Shown piece by piece: positions 53,801 through 63,301 of a DNA stretch of 64,000 bases. The notes below the pieces were generated by a model. It had not been told where the DNA came from. It saw nothing but the letters and a program-made list of their open reading frames with translations, and made no database searches. The stretch comes from Vulcanisaeta sp. JCM 16159 (GTDB lineage: Archaea > Thermoproteota > Thermoprotei > Thermoproteales > Thermocladiaceae). The number at the start of each line of letters is the position of its first letter. Positions within the stretch are counted from its first letter, which is position 1. The stretch covers positions 123,339 through 187,338 of the forward strand of contig NZ_BBDN01000003.1 in the NCBI RefSeq assembly GCF_001316265.1. Reading direction: 5' to 3'. The translations under genes were made by a program, and so were the position numbers.

Positions 53801-54652
53801 TCATAGCTTAAGATCTGTTTGTGGGTTTGCCATGGTGCTCATTAATGTGTTCCTAAGCTTAACATACTGATTAACCGAGTTATTAATTATGCTGTTCACC
53901 TCATCTCTCGTGAAGGCGCCCGTAACCTTTTGAATAGCCACAACGTTACCACCGGCAATGCCAGTTATATATATGCCATCGGACAAGTCCTCCTCCTCAC
54001 GGGTTGGGTCAATAAGCAGTAAGTTGCCAATCTTAACGTGGGTTATGGTTAATGGTATTTTATCGATATTAAGTGCAAGTGGCGATCTAGCGCCTTTATC
54101 TATCCTCAGTATATTGCCTGTGGGGTCTAGTTCGACCTTCGGTAATGCAGTATTCATCAATGCAGTAACGGCCGCTATCGTTGATGCATCCACTAGGTTA
54201 CCATCATGGTTGAGCACGTATATGTCGACCCATAGGAACCATGCATGTTTACCTGTGACGATTGAGAGCGACTTAAAGTCTAGAAAGCCGCTGTGCCTTA
54301 TTGCCCTATCCACGACCCTGGCTATCTCAATGGCGTTCTCATCCGGTGGCCCCGGCTCTATGTCCGGTGATGCCGTTGGCGCTATCTCTAGGTTCACGAT
54401 TAACGCGCCCTCGTCTGGCGTATCCTCAAAGGGCTTTCCAATCTCAACCTTTACACCAGCCATTACCTTGGTATTGCCGAGGGATACAAGGGAACTTCCA
54501 TCCGCGGTCTTTACAACACCAACCCTAATACTTAATGCTCTATAATCATTCAATCCCCTATTATCAATCCTAACACCCTGCTCAATCATCTTCCTCATGA
54601 CATCTTGCTTAAGCTTCGGAATAACACCCCTTTCCTGGGTTACACTCAGCAT
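53801..54652 (-). CDS. rrp42: Exosome complex exonuclease Rrp42 (RNase PH-like, inactive subunit)
   Basis: RIDNRGLNDYRALSI..., RNase PH domain pattern, about 283 aa. Confidence 0.8.
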   Translation of the reverse strand: MLSVTQERGVIPKLKQDVMRKMIEQGVRIDNRGLNDYRALSIRVGVVKTADGSSLVSLGNTKVMAGVKVEIGKPFEDTPDEGALIVNLEIAPTASPDIEPGPPDENAIEIARVVDRAIRHSGFLDFKSLSIVTGKHAWFLWVDIYVLNHDGNLVDASTIAAVTALMNTALPKVELDPTGNILRIDKGARSPLALNIDKIPLTITHVKIGNLLLIDPTREEEDLSDGIYITGIAGGNVVAIQKVTGAFTRDEVNSIINNSVNQYVKLRNTLMSTMANPQTDLKL

Positions 54653-54742
54653 TTAGGGAACTGTCAACTTAAGTCCTTTTAACTTTATTCGTCTATGTAT
54701 TTTGGGTATTAAACGGTTAATGACATCGAGGTTTCAACGTAC

Positions 54743-55446
54743 TTACTTAAGGGTATTCTTCTCGAGCTTATATATCTGCTCAGCGGCCTTAAAGGCAAGG
54801 TCAACGGCTTGGCTAACCTCAGCGGGGGTCCATTCACCATCGGCTTGCATTAACGTTATTAATCCACGTCCATACATAATGGCCAGGGGCATATCACCCT
54901 CGCCATACTGATCCTCAAGTTGATTAAGGTCAACGACTATGGTCCCGGAAACCTTACCTATGGAAACACCAACCAGTAAGTCCCTCATTGGTATTCCAGC
55001 GTCTGCCAACGCTAACGATGCGGCCGTTATACCAGTGACTCTGGTACTGCCGTCGGCCTGCAGTACCTCTATATAAACATCAATCGCCGTTCTCGGGAAT
55101 CTCTCAAGAATAACCGCTGGTTCAAGTGCTGTCCTAATGACTTTGGATATCTCTATCTCCCTCCTGGATGGTGTTGGGCTTTTCCTACCTCGGATGTGCT
55201 AAATGGGGTCATGTGATACCTAACCCTCAGTATGGCTTTGTCGGGCAACTCAAGGTGCTTCTGAGGCACTTCCCTTGGCCCATAAACCGCGGCCAATATA
55301 ACAGTGTTGCCATAAGCAACTAACGCGCTGCCCTCGGCGTTATTTATCACGCCGACCTCCATCCTAACGGGCCTATGCTCGCTTGGTAATCTACCATCAC
55401 TCCTCTTGCCATTGGTAAGCAGGGGTACCGGGGGTTGCTTACCCAT
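54743..55446 (-). CDS. rrp41: Exosome complex exonuclease Rrp41 (RNase PH-like catalytic subunit); frame broken in the middle (55010-55150)
   Basis: [45 protein letters not shown] in ORF 55153-55446, and C-terminal [20 protein letters not shown] in 54743-55009. Confidence 0.75.
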
Positions 55447-55512
55447 TGGTTTTCATTTCTAACCTTGAAATATAAAAGCATTTTTAAGGGGTGGATTTCC
55501 TCAATTATTTAT

Positions 55513-55980
55513 ATGGTCACAATTAGGGAGGCCCGGGAAGGCGATGTAGATGCATTGGTTGATCTCGTAATTAGGCTAAAAAGGCTCAATAGTGAATTCG
55601 ATCCGCTCTTCAGCGCTAGGAATGACTGCGCAGAGCGTGCCAGGGAATATCTACTGAATGCGCTACGTAATAGCAAAAACCACCTAATACTTGTTGCCGA
55701 GGACATGGGGAGGATAGTCGGTGTGTTGAAGGCTGACATTAGGGAGCGATTATTCTACTCACCAAGTATTGAGGGCGCAATTGTGGACTTCTACGTAATG
55801 CCTGAGTACAGGCGTAAGGGGTTGGGTAGGATGATGCTTGAGAGAGCCATAACAATACTCCGTGAGAGGGGTGCCCAGTTAATAACGGCGGAATTCCCAA
55901 CCCAGAACCAGATAGCCGTAAACTTCTATAACAAGATGGGGTTTAGGTCACTCGTTAGCATCTACGCGAGGGAGACCTAG
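55513..55980 (+). CDS. GNAT-family N-acetyltransferase
   Basis: VGVLKADIRE...YVMPEYRRKGLGRMMLERA...FYNKMGF (acetyl-CoA-binding motif A). Confidence 0.75.
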   Translation: MVTIREAREGDVDALVDLVIRLKRLNSEFDPLFSARNDCAERAREYLLNALRNSKNHLILVAEDMGRIVGVLKADIRERLFYSPSIEGAIVDFYVMPEYRRKGLGRMMLERAITILRERGAQLITAEFPTQNQIAVNFYNKMGFRSLVSIYARET

Positions 55981-55981
55981 G

Positions 55982-56310
55982 TCAGGGTAGGTCAAAAACC
56001 CTCGCAATCCAATCCCCCAACTTGTTACCAACCATTACGTAAACCTTAATCCTTGGGCACTCCTCAATTATCACAATAGGCACAATTATCATGCTAAACA
56101 ATAGGTTGTCAGCTTTTATTATCCTTGTTGCCACGGGCTCCAGTTTATCCACGGCCTCCCTAGCCTAGGCGCATAGTTATTATTTGCTGTTATGACATCG
56201 CCAATCAACGCACCAATGGGTTTACCACCCTGTATTATCAATACATGGTCATTACTTAACTGCGTGCTGGTTAGGCTTAGGTTTATCGTGATGTCAATAT
56301 CACTTAGAAG
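55982..56310 (-). CDS. Unlisted fragmented small ORF (about 110 aa) of unknown function
   Basis: Minus-strand frames give ...DIDITINLSLTSTQLSNDHVLIIQGGKPIGALIGDVITANNNYAPRLGRPW, then after a 1-nt shift KLEPVATRIIKADNLLFSMIIVPIVIIEECPRIKVYVMVGNKLGDWIARVFDLP*. Not in the ORF track because each piece is shorter than 60 aa. Confidence 0.3.
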
Positions 56311-56315
56311 GCTCG

Positions 56316-57065
56316 TTAGGTGAAAGCCTTATTGCTCACTAGGTGGTTGAAGATTGTAATTACTTGATTTAATGCGCAGTCCTTAGGTACGTCTATTGCC
56401 ATAAAACAACCGCCGTTTTTCAAATATTTTTCTAAGGCCCTGGAATACTGGAGGCACCTAAACTCGTCACTGTTCATTATCATTTCCAATAAATTACCCG
56501 TGTAATTTATCTCATCCCTTCTAGTGAGGTTCAGTAGTTTTATGGCTTCATTGATTGATAAACCCTCGGCTAACTTATCAATAACCTCCCTCAATGCGCA
56601 ATTCCTAGTGGCTAACCTATACAGTAGATTGGGTAATTCCTGGCCACCACTAATTATAGCCTTGCCCAGTTCCTCGGCTTCCTTTGTTAATTTACCCTGC
56701 TTCCAAAGACCCAATGCCGACAGTGTTGGTATGATTACCCTGTAATTCGACCTACTAAGCCCGTGTGAGTCCAAATACTTCATTATGCCCTCAGTGTCAT
56801 CACCCTGCCTATTTTTCACAAGAAATGCCACTATGTCGAGAAGCTTAGAGATTGGTAGCCTAATGTACCAACCTCTTAGGTTACACGGACTCGACCTTAG
56901 GGCATCATCACCCTCCCTAATCGTTAATAAATCCCTAACCTCAGTGCCTAATGAACTAATGAGCTCATTGATTGACCTAGCCTTAAGAATGCGTGTTACC
57001 CCATCACCCTCAATAATCACTTGATACTCACCACTCTCCTGAATAATCCTAATACTCAGGTCCAC
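56316..57065 (-). CDS. Hypothetical protein (249 aa)
   Basis: ORF only. Confidence 0.35.
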   Translation of the reverse strand: MDLSIRIIQESGEYQVIIEGDGVTRILKARSINELISSLGTEVRDLLTIREGDDALRSSPCNLRGWYIRLPISKLLDIVAFLVKNRQGDDTEGIMKYLDSHGLSRSNYRVIIPTLSALGLWKQGKLTKEAEELGKAIISGGQELPNLLYRLATRNCALREVIDKLAEGLSINEAIKLLNLTRRDEINYTGNLLEMIMNSDEFRCLQYSRALEKYLKNGGCFMAIDVPKDCALNQVITIFNHLVSNKAFT

Positions 57066-57208
57066 AGTTTATCATTGCTCCGACAGTATTTAAAGCACTC
57101 ATTCTAATCATAGTGGTAATACCCGTTACTGCATTAACAAGTCTTGCAATGCCAAAGGCCCTGTGAATAAAAATGCTTTAAATGACTTAGATCTAGAACA
57201 CCCTTGAT

Positions 57209-58393
57209 ATGGCAGTTAACGTAGTCACGATATTAGAGGTATTAATAGTAATAGGTACATCGCTATGGGCACTACAATACCTGGTTTCAAGGAAGACCCA
57301 CGCATATGAAAAGCCAATGTTAATCAACGCCCAGGTGGAGAATCTACCAAAGGTCTCAATCGTACTGCCCGTTTATAAGGAGAGAAGGCAAAGCATTGAG
57401 AAAACACTCGACAGCATATCATCACAGAACTACCCAAAGACACTCCTCGAAGTTTTGATAGTAATTGATAAGGATGACGTACGCACACTCAACGAGGCGC
57501 TAAAAGCCACTGAGAAATTCCTGGGCTCACTTAATATTAAGTTAATTATTAACGAGAAGACGGGACGTAGGCTTAAGGCGGTGGCCATGAATACGGCAAT
57601 AAGGCATGCCGGCGGTTTAATCATTGGGTTTTATGATGCTGACGACATGTTCCCAAGGGACCAAGTCCTCAACGCAGTCCTCCTAATGCTTGAGCGGAAC
57701 TACGCAGCCGTGGGCACCAGGGTATATAGGTTCAGGGATAGTGTGCTTGGTGGATTGATGTACCTGGAGTCAATAGTTTGGTACAACGCGATAATACCAT
57801 TTCTTAAGTCCACGGTCAAGATAACGCCACTATCCGGTGAGGGTCTCTTCATAAGGAAGGACCTCGTTGACTCAATACCGCAGAGTATGGCTGAGGACGC
57901 ATTATTATCACTGAAGTTATCCAGTCGTGGTTACTCAGTGGGCCTACTGGATTCCTATGTTTATGAATTAGCGCCTGTGAACATTATCAGCTTCATAAAA
58001 CAGAGGATTAGGTGGAATAAGGGTTATGCCCAGAACTTCGTTTTGATACTTAGGCAGGGTATCCAATGGAGCTATGCTTTTAGGGTGCTGGCGCTGTACA
58101 TATTAATAGCACTACCCTCGGCCCTACTGTTAATTTCCGTGATTGGCTTCATCGCGGTTGCCTACATGACCGTAATAGGGAGGGTATTTACGCTAGGTTC
58201 CCTATACCAGTTAGTGCTTGCTATGATCGTCTCCGAAGTCGTGGTTCTATACCTAATGCGTGACTTCATAAATGAGAGCATGAACATTGGGAGGGCAATA
58301 ATCCTATTGCCAGCATATTGGTTATTGCTTGGTACCGTGACGATAACATCACCGCTAATGCCAATCAATAATTGGTTAAAGACAAATCGTTAA
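57209..58393 (+). CDS. Family-2 glycosyltransferase, membrane-integrated, processive type
   Basis: VSIVLPVYKER, DADD and QRIRWNKGY (QxxRW) motifs. C-terminal TM helices. Confidence 0.8.
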   Translation: MAVNVVTILEVLIVIGTSLWALQYLVSRKTHAYEKPMLINAQVENLPKVSIVLPVYKERRQSIEKTLDSISSQNYPKTLLEVLIVIDKDDVRTLNEALKATEKFLGSLNIKLIINEKTGRRLKAVAMNTAIRHAGGLIIGFYDADDMFPRDQVLNAVLLMLERNYAAVGTRVYRFRDSVLGGLMYLESIVWYNAIIPFLKSTVKITPLSGEGLFIRKDLVDSIPQSMAEDALLSLKLSSRGYSVGLLDSYVYELAPVNIISFIKQRIRWNKGYAQNFVLILRQGIQWSYAFRVLALYILIALPSALLLISVIGFIAVAYMTVIGRVFTLGSLYQLVLAMIVSEVVVLYLMRDFINESMNIGRAIILLPAYWLLLGTVTITSPLMPINNWLKTNR

Positions 58394-58565
58394 ATACTCA
58401 CTATCCCCACATTACTGGTGGGCGCCACCTTACTACTCATCACCACTTGATAACCAACTCTCCTGGCCATCCTGTCGATGATGTTTACCACGGTATTCAA
58501 CTCATCATGCGTGAGCCCCAGGTCAACACTATCAATAAGCAACACAGAACCTGGTGGTGTGAGTA

Positions 58566-59468
58566 TTAATTGAACAAGTATTGGTAGTAAGGCCTCATTT
58601 TAAGGCTGGCATGAAACATGGGAACCCACCTATTACTTACCTTAATATAGCCTGAAACCCTCTTTGGAGCCGTGAAACCCGCCTTAATACCCTCTATGCC
58701 AAGTTCATTAATTAAGTTCATTAACTCATTGTAAACACTCTCGTACTCAGGCCTTGTCTGTATCACGGAAAGCTGATGCACGGTGTACTGGCCATCAGAT
58801 CCCACGGAATTACTCGGCAGATCCACGGTGGTTTCGTAATCCCTCTTCCACCAACAAACCCTGCCCTCACCAAGATAGTAAAACTTATTCTTGAGCATGT
58901 TCCTCAGGATAAACGACAGGGAATAAGCCCTCCTTGATGCATCCCCATCGCATACAATAAATGCATCCTCATGCATGACATGTGTCGGTGCCATGCAAAG
59001 CCTGGTGTTTACAGGGTATCTCATGAAGCCCTCATTACCGACCTTCTCAACCATAGCCACCAACTCATTGTCTAGGTACAGCTCCTGGCGAACCCAATAA
59101 TCCCTAAGTCTAAAGCTATAGTGATAACCAATGACGGAACCCTTACCAAGTTCAAAACCTACGCTACGCCCAAGGTTCTCCCCATCCTCATCAACCTCAT
59201 AATAAACACCAATCGTTATCACCTCATTGGGGTCCAACCCATAGGCCAGGTCCTCAGGTTCATGAATAATCAACAAATTACCCTCAAGGACAAGCCACTC
59301 CTCACCCCTGCTCTGCATTAGGAGTGCCAGGGCCTCCATCAAGCTCGTCTTACCTGATCCACTGCGCCCAACAATTACCGCATTGCCATCCAGGTTAATT
59401 GTTACCCCACTACCCAGGCCCTTGAATCCCTTAACTATCGTCTTTACGAGTCTCGTCATCCTCATCAA
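58566..59468 (-). CDS. P-loop ATPase of the SMC/RecF-like N-terminal type (AAA_21/23-like) with a non-canonical C-terminal region
   Basis: IVKGFKGLGSGVTINLDGNAVIVGRSGSGKTSLMEALALL (Walker A), LLIIHEPED (Walker-B-like). The rest has no recognisable ABC signature. Overlaps the upstream small ORF. Confidence 0.5.
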   Translation of the reverse strand: MMRMTRLVKTIVKGFKGLGSGVTINLDGNAVIVGRSGSGKTSLMEALALLMQSRGEEWLVLEGNLLIIHEPEDLAYGLDPNEVITIGVYYEVDEDGENLGRSVGFELGKGSVIGYHYSFRLRDYWVRQELYLDNELVAMVEKVGNEGFMRYPVNTRLCMAPTHVMHEDAFIVCDGDASRRAYSLSFILRNMLKNKFYYLGEGRVCWWKRDYETTVDLPSNSVGSDGQYTVHQLSVIQTRPEYESVYNELMNLINELGIEGIKAGFTAPKRVSGYIKVSNRWVPMFHASLKMRPYYQYLFN

Positions 59469-59712
59469 CCAATGCGTAGGCTATTATTAATATTCCGCTA
59501 ACATTACCAAGACTAACATTACTAACGTTAATACCCATCTGCCTAATACTACGTGATCCAACAACATTACTTAACTCACTTAATGCCTTGTTCAGTGTTT
59601 CATCAAGTCGATTCAACGCCACATCAAATTCAACACCCCTAACCAACTGACCGACGCTTACGTTTAGCGGTATAAACTTCCTAACATGCACTATTCTGGT
59701 CATCAAACCCAA
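59431..59712 (-). CDS. Small hypothetical protein (93 aa) overlapping the ATPase start
   Basis: 38-bp overlap with 58566-59468 on the same strand, suggesting a two-gene module. Confidence 0.35.
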   Translation of the reverse strand: MGLMTRIVHVRKFIPLNVSVGQLVRGVEFDVALNRLDETLNKALSELSNVVGSRSIRQMGINVSNVSLGNVSGILIIAYALVDEDDETRKDDS

Positions 59713-59786
59713 CTATTCACTGAAGGATAAAATACCTTTCCGTCCGGATAAGCCTTATATTTGATTCAGGTAAATGCTGCATTAAA

Positions 59787-60269
59787 ATGGAGGTTGTATT
59801 TACGCCATGGCGTTGGGCTTACATAAGATCAACAAATAGTAAGGGCGGTGAATGCGTGTTGTGCGCATACCTGCATAACAGTGACGAATTAGTGGTTTAC
59901 AGGGGTAGGCAGTGCTTTATTGTTATGAATAAGTACCCATACAACATCGGCCACGTAATGATAGTGCCCAATAGGCACGTACCATCAATCGCAGACTTAA
60001 GCAAGGATGAGTTGAGCGAATGCAGTGCGCTGCTAATGGCGATTATCAAGGCGTTGGCTAAGGTTCTGGGTATCGGCTATGGTGATTTTGACATTGGCAT
60101 AAACATTGGCAGGGTTGCCGGCGCGGGCATTGAGGAGCACGTGCACATACACATCGTTCCCAAGCCCTCAGTGGTATCCTTCAAATCAATAGATGTGGGG
60201 TTCGTTATGGAGAGGACCAGGGAATTAGCGGGCAAGCTTAGGGAAACAATTCCGCAATTCATTAGTTAA
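59787..60269 (+). CDS. HIT-family hydrolase (GalT-like branch with an N-terminal Cys pair)
   Basis: Histidine triad HVHIHIVP. CVLC near the N-terminus. About 160 aa. Confidence 0.75.
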   Translation: MEVVFTPWRWAYIRSTNSKGGECVLCAYLHNSDELVVYRGRQCFIVMNKYPYNIGHVMIVPNRHVPSIADLSKDELSECSALLMAIIKALAKVLGIGYGDFDIGINIGRVAGAGIEEHVHIHIVPKPSVVSFKSIDVGFVMERTRELAGKLRETIPQFIS

Positions 60270-60368
60270 CGCGTTAATTACCCTGGGTATTCTACGGTCC
60301 AATACCTAATTAACCATGACGCATTTACGACCTATTCAAGAATGTACTTTTTATAAACGCTTAATTCA

Positions 60369-61277
60369 ATGAAAAGTGTGCCATTCACAGGTGAGCCATT
60401 AAAGGCGTTACTCACGGACGTGGTTACACCCAAATACGTGTACTCACTAATGAATTCCCTTAAATGCGGATCAGTAACCAATAGCGAGTTCCCAGTGCTA
60501 ACAATAGGTACTGGGACAAGGCAGGTACTCCTAATAGCTGGTTTCTCAATAAATGATTACAGGATAAGTAATACACTAGTTTACATGGTGCTTAATAAAT
60601 GCATGAACCACGTATACCCAATACCCACATTTAGCGCCTCACAATTAGGTAATTGGTCAATTAGAATAATACCCATGGCAAATCCCTGGCCCTTCAGCTC
60701 ATGGGACATCATTCGAGGTAAAAGTGGGTTTTACGCAATTGATGATGAGGGCATCCCTGTAAGGTATGATGCATTAACACTCAGGAGCAGGTACTCAGTG
60801 AAGCTACATAATATTGTGCATGAAGTAAATCCCGAGCTCATAATAATGCTCATAGGCTCCGATAAATGGTCAATAACAACCCCAGAACTAATAAGGATTA
60901 ATGACTATAACACCGAAAAACCAGACCCAGCTGACTTCATGCATCACTTCTCCTATGAGAATTACCCCACAATAATACTATCAATACCCAAGGATGCCGA
61001 GATGCGTGAAATAGCCAATGAGGTCGTCCGACTAATTAAGGAATACAACGTCAAGCCACGGGATGCCAAGCCTCTCGAGGTCGTGGTTAAGGTTCACGGT
61101 GACATTGATAACATATCCAACGTACTTAAACTCCATGGACTTTTAGTAAGTGCTGACGGGGATAAGCTAATTATTAAGGCGAGTAATAGGTCTCAGTCAT
61201 TATTAAATGCATTGGTAGATAATGGTTTAATTGAGTATTACTTCGATGTCGAGATCTCAGAAATTCACCTTCAATAA
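60369..61277 (+). CDS. Hypothetical protein (302 aa)
   Basis: Clean ORF. No family assignment. Confidence 0.35.
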   Translation: MKSVPFTGEPLKALLTDVVTPKYVYSLMNSLKCGSVTNSEFPVLTIGTGTRQVLLIAGFSINDYRISNTLVYMVLNKCMNHVYPIPTFSASQLGNWSIRIIPMANPWPFSSWDIIRGKSGFYAIDDEGIPVRYDALTLRSRYSVKLHNIVHEVNPELIIMLIGSDKWSITTPELIRINDYNTEKPDPADFMHHFSYENYPTIILSIPKDAEMREIANEVVRLIKEYNVKPRDAKPLEVVVKVHGDIDNISNVLKLHGLLVSADGDKLIIKASNRSQSLLNALVDNGLIEYYFDVEISEIHLQ

Positions 61278-61363
61278 TCCCTACATAATTTAATAAATAA
61301 TTAAATAGTCAAGGTGCAATACTTAGAAAACTTAATTATTCCCCAACCCAAAGTAATTAGACT

Positions 61364-62422
61364 ATGGAGAAACTTGCACTTGCATACTCAGATAAATACC
61401 TGGACTATAACTTTGGCCCATGGCACCCCTTCAAACCGCATAGGGAAAGGCAACTAGTGGAGTTGCTTAGGGAACACGGTTTATTGAGTTCCTACGTTGA
61501 CCTGGTAGAACCCAGACCCGCCTCAGATGAGGAGTTAATGCTTGTTCATACGAAGGATTACATTGACTATGTAAAGAGGGCGAGTATAAATGGTGTTGGT
61601 TACTTGGATTACGGCGACACACCGGCCTTTAGGGGAATTCATGAGGCGGCGACCATTAGGGTTGGCGGTACATTACTCGTAACAGAGCTCGTTAACGGGG
61701 GTAAGTACGTTCACGGCTTCAACCCAGGCGGTGGATTCCACCACGCAAAGCCCAGCGAGGCAGCAGGCTTTTGTGTGTATAATGATATAGCGATCGCCGT
61801 TAAGTGGCTTAGGAAGCACGGTATTGGGCGCGTGGCTGTGGTCGATATCGATGTTCACCATGCTGATGGTACGCAAGTAATCTTTAACAGTGAGGATGTG
61901 CTCTTAGTATCGACGCATGGTTATGACGGTCAATTCTACCCAGGTACTGGCTGGATTGATGAGGATGGCATTGGTGCAGGCAAGGGTCTTAAGGTGAACA
62001 TACCATTACCGCCGCACACGGGTGATGACGTATACTCCATGGTTATTGACGAGATAATAAGGCCAATACTTGACAGATACTCACCTGAGTTTCTTATTCT
62101 CCAATTTGGGGTTGACGCACATACAAGTGATGAGCTGGGGATTCTTGACTTAACCACGGAGTCTTACCTTAAGGTCCTCGGTACCATTCATGAGATGGCC
62201 CATAAGCATGCCGGCGGTAGGTTAGTCCTGACAGGTGGTGGGGGCTATAATATCTGGAACACGGTTAAGACTTGGTTCCTTGCCACGGTATTTCTCACGG
62301 ACCCAAATAGGCTTAGTCAGTTCTCGAATTACTTTGACCAAGAGCCCACAAGGACCCCAGGCCGTTATTATGAAGAGGCATTATACATAATTGACGCAGT
62401 AAAGCAAAGATTTGGTTTATGA
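61364..62422 (+). CDS. Histone deacetylase-family / acetoin utilisation AcuC-like deacetylase
   Basis: GGGFHHA, VVDIDVHHADGTQ and DxH metal-binding pattern of the arginase/deacetylase superfamily. Confidence 0.8.
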   Translation: MEKLALAYSDKYLDYNFGPWHPFKPHRERQLVELLREHGLLSSYVDLVEPRPASDEELMLVHTKDYIDYVKRASINGVGYLDYGDTPAFRGIHEAATIRVGGTLLVTELVNGGKYVHGFNPGGGFHHAKPSEAAGFCVYNDIAIAVKWLRKHGIGRVAVVDIDVHHADGTQVIFNSEDVLLVSTHGYDGQFYPGTGWIDEDGIGAGKGLKVNIPLPPHTGDDVYSMVIDEIIRPILDRYSPEFLILQFGVDAHTSDELGILDLTTESYLKVLGTIHEMAHKHAGGRLVLTGGGGYNIWNTVKTWFLATVFLTDPNRLSQFSNYFDQEPTRTPGRYYEEALYIIDAVKQRFGL

Positions 62423-62424
62423 AA

Positions 62425-62565
62425 CTACTCAATATGCGATACCCTCTTTGTCTGGAAGGACCTTATCTTAATTATGATCCTGTACCCACAGTATGGGCAA
62501 TGAACACCGGGTGTTATCATATCCTCAAGTGAGAATACCCTACCGCACCTGAGGCACATGTACAT
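62425..62565 (-). CDS. rpoP: DNA-directed RNA polymerase subunit P (Rpo12/RpoP)
   Basis: MYMCLRCGRVFSLEDMITPGVHCPYCGYRIIIKIR is the C4 zinc ribbon of RpoP/RPC10. The listed ORF (62425-62667) has a 34-aa acidic N-terminal extension that is probably not translated. Confidence 0.6.
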   Translation of the reverse strand: MYMCLRCGRVFSLEDMITPGVHCPYCGYRIIIKIRSFQTKRVSHIE

Positions 62566-62659
62566 CTTTCGACCAGCAACCTCACCAGTGGCCTCTTCAC
62601 CAACCTCTCCACTCAATGTACTAGCTGGTTCCCTCTCACCACCCTCCTCAAAGAATTCC

Positions 62660-63211
62660 TCACCCACGCTGTATTGATGAAGCAGACCCCTTAAATTTGT
62701 TTTGCATTATTCTCTGAACCCTATCCTCGGCGTTGATTCTACTCAGAACTGGCAATACTCCCGTGGCTACGAAGCCCTGCCACGACTTATCACCAGCAGC
62801 CATCAATTCCCTAATCCTCGTACCACTATAAACCTCCTTATTAAAGAATGGCGTATTAAGGACTTTAATGCCGCCGTACTCAAGACATAACTTCGTAAAC
62901 TCATCGTTTGTGTAGGCTATGTCGAATGATGGGCATTGCTCATGAACATAGGCATGCCATAACGCCGAGTCACCCTTTGTGTCAGGTACTGCGCAGTACA
63001 TGACCTTCTCGATTAGGTTCAACTCCCTGAGCATTGAAACCAGCATCTCAATCCTCTCTCCAACAGTGAACGGATTCCTAGGCGTAAACGACTCATTCGC
63101 TGATCCAATGGCAATAACCAACTCATCATGCCTACTCAATATCCACTTAATTACTTCCTCGTGCCCTCTATGCAACGGTTGAAACCTCCCAACAAACAAT
63201 GCCCTAACCAT
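62660..63211 (-). CDS. nadM: Nicotinamide-nucleotide adenylyltransferase (archaeal NadM type)
   Basis: RALFVGRFQPLHRGHEEVI (HxGH) and SGTRIRELM (ISSTxIR-like) motifs. Confidence 0.8.
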   Translation of the reverse strand: MVRALFVGRFQPLHRGHEEVIKWILSRHDELVIAIGSANESFTPRNPFTVGERIEMLVSMLRELNLIEKVMYCAVPDTKGDSALWHAYVHEQCPSFDIAYTNDEFTKLCLEYGGIKVLNTPFFNKEVYSGTRIRELMAAGDKSWQGFVATGVLPVLSRINAEDRVQRIMQNKFKGSASSIQRG

Positions 63212-63301
63212 ACAGCGCCAGTTAATGAGGGGTTATTTTATCTATTTCCTAATTCCTAAATGATTATACTTAATAAGCATTAAGGAGCAGTAATAATTAT
63301 A

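Noticed and set aside
53958-54545. 195-aa plus-strand ORF (and 54301-54528)
   Set aside because: Antisense shadow of rrp42. Ser/Pro-rich translation without family features.
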